A DNA stretch of 64,000 bases from Novakomyces olei (taxonomy: Eukaryota): assembly GCA_016906335.1 (NCBI GenBank), contig JADEYG010000007.1, positions 2,542,001-2,606,000 of the forward strand, written 5' to 3'. The notes beneath the pieces were generated by a model that saw only the letters and a list, made by a program, of their open reading frames with translations, searched no databases and was not told the DNA's origin. Of this stretch, positions 49,631 to 61,722 are shown one piece after another (positions within the stretch are counted from its first letter, which is position 1; the number at the start of each line of letters is the position of its first letter). The position numbers and the translations under genes are program-made.

Positions 49631-51426
49631 TTATGGATTAACAAGGTATACACGGCCCTCAAACGGAGCCAATGAATCTGACTTGTTATCCCGTACCGTA
49701 GACATAATCTGCTGCAGATCCACACTCGCACCACTGGGCAGAGTGAGCTGTTCCGCGCTAGGTTTTTGAAAAGGTAAATGCTTTGCGGTAAAGTTCAGCA
49801 CAACCAGAGCTTTGGATCGTGCAAAAGACTCCTTAACAAAAATGTGCAAGTCTGGATGTTCTGGTGCAACATCCTGATAGTCGCCATAGACAAAAAAATC
49901 CTTGTACTTGCGTCGTAGTGCAATAGCCTTTCGCCAAAATGCAAATACGCTATCCGGATCATCAAGCTGGGAAGTCACATTGATTTCCTTTGCTAGAGGA
50001 TGGGGCTTCATCCACGGCTCTTTGACCTCCTTGCCTGCTGCCTCGGCTGCTTCGGAAAAGCCGCCATACTTTTTATCGGACCACGCCACCGGGATTCGGG
50101 TATGATCCCGGGCAAAGTAGGCGAGCGCATTAAAGGCCTTGTCCAGTGCCAGCGCATTGTCGGCACCGTACTTTTCCTTGATTGAAGTAATGTGTCCCAC
50201 GCTCCCGATATCCAGATAGTTTTCCAGCGGGTATTCTGCCTTTGGCGCGTTTATACTCCCAATTTCCTGGCCCTGGTAGATGTATGAGTTCCCGTAAGAC
50301 AGGCCTGCATGAGCGCCAACAGTTTCGCACTGCGGGCGCGGAATTCTGGACTATCATCCGCGAAGCGGCTGACGGACCGGGCCTGATCGTGATTTTCGAG
50401 AAACACGGTACTCCACCCGTCCGTATTGCGAATAAGCGATTGTGTCGCATCGATGGCGCGTTTAAACACGGGCAGTGTAAAGTCGTGCGGCTCGGCATCG
50501 TACGTTATAGCCTTGTTCATGCCGACGGAAACGACGTCAAATTGAAACACCATATTTAAAGCGTTCGCTTTAGCGCTTACATACTCGAGAACATGTCGCG
50601 GATCCGGTGTAGTGGAAAGTTCTCCGACAGTTATGGCGCCGTACGCGTTTAAAACACGGCTCATTTCTTCCAGGTATTCAAACATGCGAGGCCCATTGCA
50701 CACAAGTTTCCAAGCTGGCTGATAAGGAGCGCCCACGTCTACAATGGGCGCATCGGGAAACGTGGGCGGTTTACTGTACATGTTTACCGTATCCACACGG
50801 AACCCGTCAATCCCACGTTTGAGCCAAAACTCCATAGCCGATGCGTAGATTGCCTGTCGGGTTTCGGCATTGTCCCAGTTCAAATCTGGCTGCTCAATGG
50901 CAAACACGTGGAGGTAGTACTCTTGCGTGGCTTCATCCCACTCCCAGGCACTGCCGGGTCCCCAGGCGGCCCGCCAGTTATTCGGCGGCAGCCGTTCTCC
51001 GGTGGCGGAGTACCGGGCAGGACGCCAAATATACCAGTCACGCTTCGGGCTGTCCTTACTGCTCCTTGACTCCTTGAACCAAGCGTGCTGGTCGGACGTG
51101 TGATTAATGACAAGGTCCAGCATAACCTTGATGCCCCGTGCATGAGCCTCGCGGACAAGATCGTCCACGTCCTGAAGGTCTCCGTACAGCGGATCGACAC
51201 GTTCGTAATTCGAGATGTCATAGCCCATATCGACACGCGGACTCTCGTACATAGGGCAGACCCATACGACGTTGACGCCGAGCGTTACGAGATAATCGAG
51301 CTTGCTCGTAATACCGCGAATGTCTCCGACCCCATCGCCATTAGAGTCGTAAAACGAGGACGGGTAGACCTGATACACTATCGCCTCTTTCCACCATTGC
51401 CGCGTGTGAGTGCTAAAGGCCGACAT
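49631..51426 (-). pseudogene. GH13 alpha-glucosidase (maltase/oligo-1,6-glucosidase type) with a 1-nt frameshift at ~50285
   Basis: WWKEAIVYQVYPSSF, DLVINHTS, QPDLNW, DGFRVDTVN, TVGE, LENHDQAR. The conserved GTxYIYQGQEIG motif is restored only by adding one base (GGA ACT C-A TAC ATC TAC CAG). Confidence 0.82.
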
Positions 51427-51998
51427 GTCGGTGGCAGCGGCAGCAACGCGGCCAAACCGTCGGGAACGCCATGCCTTAAATTCGCGCTCGTTATCGCTGC
51501 CACTCGTAAATCTCTAGCCAATCAACATATACAGCGTATAGGGTTAGGGTTAAATGTTTTCAATATTCGGTAAAACCGCAATTGTTTCCCGATATAGTCT
51601 CGGCCATCGCAGAATATATGAGCGATAAGGCGCGAAGGGCGGTGCCCACGCAGCGCTGATTGCACCTGTCAAAAACCAGCCAGGCTAATGTGAGATAACG
51701 TATCTCACGTCAGCCGAGTGCTGACGTGTACAAAGCGTCTCTATCTCGCGGCGCACATTCGAATGGCGTATGCCCACTTATCGCGCGCGACACACCTGGC
51801 CAATCGCGTTCCATCGGCATTGCCGATGAAGCACCGGGTTCTCTTATCCACACGTTATCAGGAGAAAATAATGGGGAGATAAGAGTACTTGCAGGAGAAA
51901 ATTCAACATGACAGGTGAACTGCGCGCGGCTTTAAATTGACGAGCAAAGACCGCATTGTACGACAACTTTTAGAGATCGCTATACCTTTTATTACAAA

Positions 51999-54111
51999 AT
52001 GTCTACTTCAACAGCTGACGAAATTTCCGGCACTGCTCTTGGGCAAAGTTTTTCTTCGGAAAAGAAAAGCCCGAAGTCGAAGACGAGCAGGCCAAGGCCA
52101 ACGTAGTCTACGGCACCGTCCATGTTGCCGACGAGTCTGAACTCTCGTACTTTGAACGCAAAGCCGCATTGATCAATGAGTGAGTGTTCCAATCTTGGTT
52201 CAAAATTTTACCAGCTTTTTTGGCCAGAGTTATTATTCTTTTTTATTTTTTTTTCCTTAGCCTTCAATCAAGCCGAACCTTTGATTCTTGAAATATTGTC
52301 TATGTCTATTCCTATCGAAGCTTTCGGCTAACATGTATAGCGAGCTCGACAAATTCGGGTTTGGCAGGTACCAGCAATGCATTTGGCTGCTCTGCGGATT
52401 TGGGTATTTTTTAGATCTTGCCTGGTCACAGGGCGTTGGCCTCATGGCAACGGCCGTATTGTAAGAAAACCGTTGTTAGCTTTTACTTACGCATTTGAAA
52501 GCCAGGAAATGAACGTTCCGGCTGGCCGGCAAGGCCTCATCTTCACCTGCGCAAATGCCGGACTAGCGTATGTTAACCCTAACCCTCGATTAAAAATCTT
52601 AACAGTATTAGGATTGGTGCCTTTTTCACAGGTATTCTCACAGACATTGTCGGGCGCAGATGGGCTTTCAACATTACGTGCCTCATTACTTCCGTATTTG
52701 GCATGCTTCTTGTAAGTTTATACCCAAACCAATTTGAACAACTTGCTAACTTTTCAAGGCTGCCAGTAAATTCAACTATGGAGCTATTTGCGGCATTTAT
52801 TTCTTGTCCTCTATCGGTCTTGGTGGAAACATTCCTATTGACGCTACAATCGCCCTTGAATTTATGCCACCTAGCCGCCGGTACTTGGTATCCCTGCTGA
52901 GCATGTGGCAGCCAATTGGCGTCGTTGTTGCTTCGGCTATTGCTTACGGCACGGCTGCCCGGTACCGATGCGGGGCCGATCTGCCTTCTTGTCGGGCTGT
53001 GAGCGAAGGCGAAGCTTGCTGCTCTGTCGCCAGCAACATGGGATGGAGATATATGGTTATTGTGATTGGTGCAATGACTCTCTTCATTTTTTTTGCTCGC
53101 TTCCTAATTTTCCGATTTTACGAGTCGCCAAAGTTTCTTGTAAGCAAAGGCCGCGAGCAAGAGGCAATCGACGTTTTGCACAAAATCGCTAAATTCAATC
53201 GTGCACCGGCTCCTACTCTCACTATGGAACATTTCTACGAAATTGATCGCGCAATGGGTATTGACCGTAATGCCCTTAAAGCCACAGTTGATGCCAAGGG
53301 AGCTTTTACGCGCGCCGTGAACGACATCAAGTTTCTTAAGGGTCTTTTTGAAACGAAAATGACGTGTTTTCTTTTCGTTCTTCTCGCTTTCACCTATATG
53401 GTAAGACTTGATTTAGTTTCCACGCCTTTTTACAAACGTTGTGATTCACAATTTCGTTTAAATTAATATTAAATCCAGAAACAATTATCTGCTCTTTTAT
53501 TTCTAAATTTGTCAATATAATGTCGTTATTATTATATTTTGTTTAGCTTTATTATACTAACATCCCAGGGCAACTACTGGTCCTTTAATTTGGCCGGGTC
53601 TTTCCTTCCAATTATTCTGCTTCGCAATAACGTGAGCTCAGGCGCTACAACTGTCACTGAAACGTATCGTGAATATGTGTATATTTACTTGCCCGGAATT
53701 ATTGGTGCAATTATCGCTCTTTTCTCTGTTCAGCTGCCTTTGATTGGGAGAAAATGGTCGCTCGTTATTTCTGCTGCTTTACAGGGTCTGGCAATGGCCA
53801 TGTACACACAAGTGAAAACTACGGCAGGCTACGTAGGGCTCAACGCTTTCGAGTACATTATGCAGACTTATTTTAACGCTGTACTTTACGCATCGGCACC
53901 GGAGCTTTTCGATACGCCATACCGTGCCAGTGCTAGCGGTATGTTGTCCTGCCTTGGCCGAATTGCCGGGATTGTGGCGCCTCTGGCAGGACAGCGATAC
54001 ATTGGACAAGGCAGCCAGGGAGTCTTGTGGCTCGGTGCTGGCGGTATTTGGCTGTCCAGTATTCTCATGGTATTTTTGCCCATCGAGATGCGAAACAGAC
54101 AGATGTATTAA
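51999..54111 (+). pseudogene. SV2-like MFS transporter, 5 introns, apparent frameshift in exon 1 (~52065-52070)
   Basis: FERKAALIND|ELDKFGFGRYQ, DIVGRRWAFN, GGNIPID, GWRY, ESPKFL, LYASAPELF..YRASASG. The ATG 51999 frame stops at 52104-52106, and the conserved frame has no upstream ATG. Confidence 0.65.
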
Positions 54112-54651
54112 GGCTGTGCTTATAATCTTGTTCAAACGCTTTTACAGTAGATATAATAAAGAATTTTTTGATTTAGCGTAATTAATTGAAATTGTGTAGA
54201 TTGGTAAACCTTGTAAATTTTTTATATATAAACAATTACATGATTGTGTAATCTTGATCAAGCGAGTCGAAAGACTGCTAAATAATTGGAATATGTTCAA
54301 AAAACAATTAATAGTAAATGAAAAACTGCTCTAAAAAATATAAAATTATAAAATAGCCGCACAAATGATCTTGAGTAATTGGTACAAATAACAGTTTTGT
54401 TCATTGGGCAACTCAAGCTTAGAGGTAGCAAAGACTTTTATGACTTTAGGTGAAAAAAATCGCATGTCCCTTACACAAGAATTCCAGCTAATTAAAAAAT
54501 AAACACGATGCACCGATGAAAATATTACCATAATCAAATAACAAAGTAAAAGAACTGGTGATAATATATAGTCAAATATACAAACATGTTTCCCACATTC
54601 AAACCATTAGCCATAAGCAAGAACATAAAAGCAAATACGCAGACGGAAATT

Positions 54652-57430
54652 TTACGCGGGTCGTGCATTGTCAAATAAACTTGACCAATCAATCGGCTCT
54701 AAGCCTGCCTGTTGCCACATATCCCACATATCGCCTCCCAGACTAGCATGTAATTGCTCACTTAAATTGGCGGCGTCACCAGCTGAAAGAGCTCCTGCAT
54801 CGATACTGCCTTCTTGGGTATGAGCGCTTTCTGACACTATTGTATTCATCATCTCGTGTAGAAGCGGAACATAGCGGCGGGCCAGATGACCCTGAGGAGG
54901 ACTAGCGGCTTCAAGCGTACAAGCAGCCAGCTTTACCAGCTTGTAAAGAAGACTTGTTTCGGGTTGCTGTCCAGGTGTCGATAGTTGGGTATATTTTAAA
55001 AGATTCACTGCAACGATTAGTTTGAAAAGCAACCAATTAAAAAAGCACAAATACGGATATTGAATATAAGAATTAAAATTAAACAAAATATAAACTGAAC
55101 TTAACATTAAAAAACAAAATAACTATTATAATAACCAATATTGAAATTGAACAAAGCAATGAATAAACAGGCCGAGGTCAAACTTACGGTCAATGTACTT
55201 TCTGAGCCAACTGTTCAAAAGGAAAAAAGCCGCGTATGTTATAACCACAAAGTAGTGATCGATAGCAAACGACATCACACTGATCACTTTGGGATCAGGT
55301 TCCAGTCGAATATCATCAGAGGGCAAAACCATCTTTCCACCAAGTGTGGGTCGTGATAAGTGCAAAAGAATTTGACGAGCCCAATCCACAGCCCACATTA
55401 AAGCCTGTTTGGTCCATTGGCTCTGATCAGTGTTACCGAGAAAAGTGCAAGTATATGAAAGCCGATACCATCGAAGCGAGGTGAAAGGAAAATGCTGGCT
55501 CATAGTATCTGATCTTTGATTATCTTGACAAGACGTGAAATTCCATTCAACCTGCTGCACTTGCCTGTCAAACTCCTCAACGTCTCCGATGCTTGTTGGC
55601 CTGCAATTGGTGAGGTGAGTGAAATGGGCGACTTGAAACAAAGACGTCAATCGTATGTCAGTGGTCTGCGTGAAACGACACCGGCTAAAATTTGCTAGAA
55701 CCTCGCTAACCGAATTTGTGTTTAAAGAGCAAGGTCTCCTAGATGAAAGAGCAAGACTAAAGATAACAGTCAGAAACGCTAAATAAAACAGATATGGTGA
55801 CAAACTTTTAGAAAATAAAACCAAAAGAGTAAAAACAAATCACAAATAAAATAAAAACTAGATTGAATTAAATTAAAATTATCGATACTGAAAACAACAA
55901 CATACTAATGGTCACTTTCTATAAGGTAGAGCATCGTCCGAAACTTGCGAGCATCCATTCTGGCAACTATGTCAGGGTTTCGAAAGCTAGCACAGCAACT
56001 TTTTTCCAGTTCCAAAGATGTCGCCCACCGAATAGCCAGGCTCAAGTAATGCCAAGCACCGGCCTCGGAAAATCTCGAGCGAAACTTTTCGCGATCAATG
56101 CACACGTCAAGAGGCATCCAATGAGCGCACAGTATGAGGGCTTGCACGGTCTCAAGCATATGATCCTCCAGTCTTGGACGTAAAGTAATCCGCATTATTT
56201 CTGCATCCAGTAGACGAACTAGATCAGGGTATCGAGGGTGAAGCCAGCAAGAAGATCTGACTATTAGCAGTGAAATAATTAGCCATTTAATCGAAGCATA
56301 CTTCGACGGAGCGCTCCAGAAGCGCGCACCAATACAGAGGATAGCGAGGAAAAGCAGCATACTCCTCCCACGGACACTATCAGCATTAAAATCGATCTCT
56401 TCGTCCAAAAAGGGAGCGTTAGGATGGCCGTAGGAAAAGAACCTGTTTAGTTTAGATTGGAATCATTGATATATAAAGAGAAGGAAACCAACTAAAATGT
56501 AATTAAAAGATAAGCAGAGCAAATATTACAGCTTGAACATGACTTGCGCCTCTGCATGCGTCAAAACGGATTGAGCAATAGGATCATCCATCTCAAACTC
56601 GAGAGGATCATCCGGCTGAAAACGGTGCAAAGTCCGGAGAGGCCCGTCCGTCATAACTGCACCCGAAGAGGCGGCAAATGTACTTGTCGACGCAGTCCGA
56701 TTAATTCGGGGCGCGGGCCTTATCAAAAGCAATGGTCAGCAGAAATAAATTTTTAAATATTTGCATTACGAGACTGGTATAGGGGGCAGATAGTCCTGCT
56801 GCCGTGAACTGGGCGCTATATTGTTCCCGAAAGATTGCTTGTTCGTGAATCCCGAGTCTGACTCGGTGGAAATCGGGCTCGGCCGCCCAACGTGCTGTGA
56901 TAATTCCAGCCTTTTCTCCAATTCACCAACCCTATTCGCATTAGTCAGCCGCGAGCCATTAATAGTCTAACCGTTGAGCAAGCAGTTGAACCTGCCTGGG
57001 CAAATCTCCATCACCGTTTGCGATTGGCTGCTGCGACGCATCGACTTTTATCCGGCCAGACCAATTGCCGTCTTCACTTGCGGCCATTTGTGGCATTTGT
57101 GGGGCCATAGTCCCTTCCACCGTGCGGAGAAGGCCTCCGTGACAGGTACTGCCTTCTTCAACTGGCGTCGATTTTGGCAGGTTCATATGGGCAAACGGAC
57201 TGTGCCGCAAGTCCATCACCTCGTTCTGAAAGCTGCACTGCACCCTGCGCGCCATACAAGGCCGGCAGATAATACTAGTCGTGAAGCCACCGCACTTTTG
57301 TTTTCTTTATAAAGTCAGGTCTTTCTGTGCTATTGGAACAATCTCACCTCTGCCGACACTGCGCACACGAATGTATCGTGCGGCCCGACGGTAGCGAATA
57401 TGGGACCCGACGCGATTCCCGAGGAGGCAT
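54652..57430 (-). CDS. Zn(II)2Cys6 transcription factor, 6 introns
   Basis: Spliced SCAQCRQR|KQKCGG...CRPCMARRVQCSF, DPIAQSVLT..EAQVMFKL|FF...HPNAPFLD, ETVQALILCAHW. Exons join in frame. Confidence 0.85.
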
Positions 57431-58190
57431 TAAAAGCTTTGCTGCTTTACTTTTTTCTGCCCTCTCGCAGCATTGTTACTGCAATGCCGATCGACCCGCT
57501 CTCAGTTTGTGATTACAGTTTATATTCTTTGTTGTACTTCGTCAGTCTGTCTACACAGTTACTGATAACAGTTATCTGATAGATTATCAACGCTATGAAA
57601 TGGAAATTTAAATAATAAAAACTCCTATAAATAAAGGTTTTTTTAATTTATGGAAGTAACAATATGGCCATTGACAGCTCCATTAGCGGCACGAAAAAAG
57701 TAGCCCCCACCACACCTCGCGTTCTACCTAAAACCAATGCGCTTTTCTCGACTCAAGCACGCTGTTCCTGAAGCCAGTAAAATCATTGATTCAAGTTGTA
57801 AAAATCCATGTCCCGATTGTGATTCCCCAGCGTCTGGCTGCGATTTGATTGGCCAGCTCGTTAAAAACTAGTATTACAGCAAGACTGCTTTCACGCTGAA
57901 TCAAGTCATCTTTCCAGTATCTGCCTTTTGGAGCATTCTCAAAAGAAAACCCTGACAGAAAACCCTGTACGTCAGTTTATGCTAACGTTTATCAACTTCC
58001 CCTAGACCATCGCTCGCAAGGTTACCTTTACTAAAGACCCCACACTTGCGCAATCACTTTGATTTATTCTTGCAATTTATGACCAACGCTAACTAATTCG
58101 AATAACGAAATGTCTGAACAATGTGACGGGTCTATACCCGTCATGGACTCGTATTCATACAATACTATACAACTATACACACTCGTAACC

Positions 58191-60470
58191 TTAGGGCTGA
58201 TGAGCATTCCCGACTTTGACGGTTTTTATGATAGCGTCAACGATATTTGAATCAGCCAACTATCAAACAGATGTTAGTGTTTGCTTTGCCATATATTTTT
58301 TTCTTGTGCCTACCGTTGAAATATCGCCTAGGCTATCCTCCTCCCCATTCAGGATCTTTCGCAAAATTCGCCGCATTATTTTGCCGCTCCGAGTCTTTGG
58401 CATGTCTTGAACAAAATATACCTTCTTCAAAGTTGCAAAAGGCCCAATAGAAGTACGAACTTGAAGTATCAATTCCTTTGACAGCTGGTCTGTCTCTGTG
58501 GTAGCATCGAAGCTCTTGAGCGAAACAAATGTGTGTAAAGCCTGACCAGTAAGGTCATCCGCTACTCCAATGGCTGCAGATTCGGCAACACGTGCTGATA
58601 AAGACTCAGTGACGAATGAAACAAAAACCAGTATATTCTTACGATGTCCAGACAATGCCGCTTCCACTTCAGCCGTAGATAGTCTGTGGCCGGATATATT
58701 TACCAGATCGTCAATTCGGCCACGAATCCAATAATATCCGTCATCGTCGCGATAGGCACCATCACCGGTAAACTAAAACAAAAGTTTTTGTTAGCAAAGC
58801 TGGCAGATCAAAAACATAACACTGATTAAGTTCAAGACTTACATAATAACCCGGGTACACATTGAAGTATGTTTCCATATATCGATCATGACTCTTCCAG
58901 ATACTCCTTGCCATGCTAGGCCAAGACTTTTTTATAGCAAGAATGCCCTCAACATTACCTCCTTTTAGTTCTTTGCCAGTGACAGGCTCAATAATAGCAA
59001 GTTCGATTCCAAAGAATGGCAATGACGCACTTCCAGGCTTCATTGGGGTAGTTCCAACCACAGAGGCAACTGTAGGAGATCCAGTCTCAGTTTGCCAAAA
59101 TGTCTAAAGCACGAAAATTAGCCCAACTCCTTTAAGTCAAAAGCGACTCGAAATTAAGCTCCCTTACATCAGTCAATGGGACATTTTGTCTTCCGATAAT
59201 ATTAAAATACCAGGTCCAAGCGTCCGGCGAAATAGGTTCTCCAGCTGATCCTAACACCCTTAAAGACGGCATTTCAGGGATGGTAGCGTCGTCTTCAAAT
59301 CGCTTGAGTAGTCTCAATGCCGTTGGAGCAGTATAAAAATGGGTAATTTGATACTTGTTGATTACATCCCAATATCGACTTCGAGTAGGGTAAATTGGTG
59401 TACTTTCAAACACCATAGTACAACATCCAAGAAGTAATGGAGCATACACCACATATGTGTGTCCTGTAATCCAACCAACATCAGCTCCGCAAAACAATTT
59501 GTCGTATTCGTGAAGATCAAAAACATATTTGGCCGATACTGCAGCACCAAGTAAATATCCCGCTGTCGTGTGTATAAGACCTTTGGGTTTCCCGGTTGAT
59601 CCGGACGTATATAGAAGAAAAAGAGGATCTTCTGAGTTCATTGGCTCTGGAGGGAAATAAGCTGGGTGCTTTTCCAGCTCTTCATTCCACCAGAGATCTC
59701 GACCTGTCGTCCAAGGTGTCGTAACATTTTTTGATCGGTTGTAGACAATGACGTTTTGAACACAGTTGCATTGCTCAATCGCCTGGTCCACAATCATTTT
59801 CAGTTTAGTTGATTTTCCTCCTCGAAAGCCTTCGTTTGCAGTAATGACCACGCGAGAGTTGGAATCGAGAATGCGATCTCGAACAGACTCCGCCGAAAAG
59901 CCAGCAAAAACAACGGAATGGATGGCACCAATACGTGCGCATGCCAGCATAGAAATTATTGCGTTTGGAATCATGGGCATATATATTGTGACAACGTCGC
60001 CTTTCTTGACACCGAGAGCTTTGAGAGCCCAAGATAAACGACAAGTGTCTTCAAGTAACTCGCCATAGGTGATGACTCTGCCTTCATTGGGTTGATCAGC
60101 TTCATATATCATAGCTATTTTCTCCGGTGATTTGGCAGCATGTCGGTCGATACAATTGTAGGATGCGTTCAGTTTCCCACCAGCAAACCAGGCACTATTG
60201 CCTTCAAGCAAAGAGCCGCTGTAGGTAGTATGAAAAGGCGTGTCAAATGAAAGCAAATCATTCGCCATTCGAGCCCAAAAATTATCGGGATGCATGATTG
60301 ATTCATTGTAAAGCCTTCGATATTCATCCACTCCGCTGATATGAGGGGTTGAAGGGTGTTTCGAGCGGAAGGCCTCTGGCGTGAGAACCGAACGGCCAGC
60401 ATTAGGCTCTTCCTAAGGCCATTAGGCGAATTGATCCAGATCAGTGCTCCTTTTCAAGCTGTCATACCAT
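58191..60470 (-). CDS. ACS: Acetyl-CoA synthetase (AMP-forming), 5 introns, first coding exon is ATG only
   Basis: [85 protein letters not shown]...CTAATGGCCTTAG intron at 60413-60467. Confidence 0.93.
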
Positions 60471-61722
60471 GGCGAGCCTTTACTGTTACAGTAATATGTG
60501 AGGATAGCTCCCGCGTGAAAAGACCTTACAGCCTTTCTAGCTGGGGTCCAGACAAAGGTTTGTACGTGTGCCTGGCTGACTCCCGGCCCGAAAATAAATC
60601 GGCGGATTCGGCCTATCGGATTTTACTAAATACTAAATTATCAGAAATAGAGCACTGCTTGAAGTATTGCAAGTATTGCTGCTAAACATGGAAAAGGACC
60701 AAATAACTATCGTGACTTGGCATGAGCGGATATCCACACGTGTGCTGCATGCCAGTACAGTAAAAATTCGGTGGCATGTGGGTATATATGCCAGCGAATG
60801 TGCCAGATGCGCGTAACTACTGTCTCAAGTCGAGCAAGAAAACAGAAAGTCTATCGTGTATCTATTGTGCAAGCTTAGGCGATAGCGTAGATAACCAAAT
60901 TTACGCGATATCTTGGATAACCAAATCGGGCGCAAACCCAGTGAGAAAATCGCGAATAATTGGGCGCGTGCCTGCGACCTTGCTGTCATTTTATCGGATG
61001 TCGGTAACAATAATCGACTAGAGCACGAGAAAATTGCTTACCAACTGCCGGCTGGATTTCTGCGCGTCAAGCGAGTTTTTATTCATGACTATTTTGGACA
61101 AGTTCATTCGACATTTAGGAAACCCTATGCATTATATCCAAAAATTACGGTCGTTCAGATACTTGACTACTAAATACTAACCTCATCCTTGTATACAAAT
61201 AACATTTATATCCTTTTCCTATCGATTGAATATGCTAGCCCCACTCTATTGACCATGTCTTCACAATCACCGGTTCAGACTTAACCATATTGATTATTTA
61301 TTATTTTATCTTGCATAAATACAAGATTTATTGGCCGAAGTCACCAGACTACAGTACAATTAATACTAAATAATTTATCATTATAATAATTTATAAGTGT
61401 AATTTACATAATAACATATACCAACTCCACTACCCACCACAAATATTGCACAGGCTGTATGGTCACTCTCCGTGTCCATATAGCCATATAACTCTAAGAT
61501 GCTCCATAACTAACTTACAATCCATTTCAGCTTCTTGCCCTCATCCCGTTTCTTCGAAATCTGTCAGTTCCCTTCCATTCCCTCCTAATCCTTAACATCG
61601 TAGGATTCTCTCCCGATTAATAATATCTGCCGATTCTCTAGGGGTATAAAACTAATTATAGGCCTTTCAGCTGAGGGTCTGACCGCCCAATGACCAACAG
61701 TCTCTTAGGCTTGAACGTTGTT

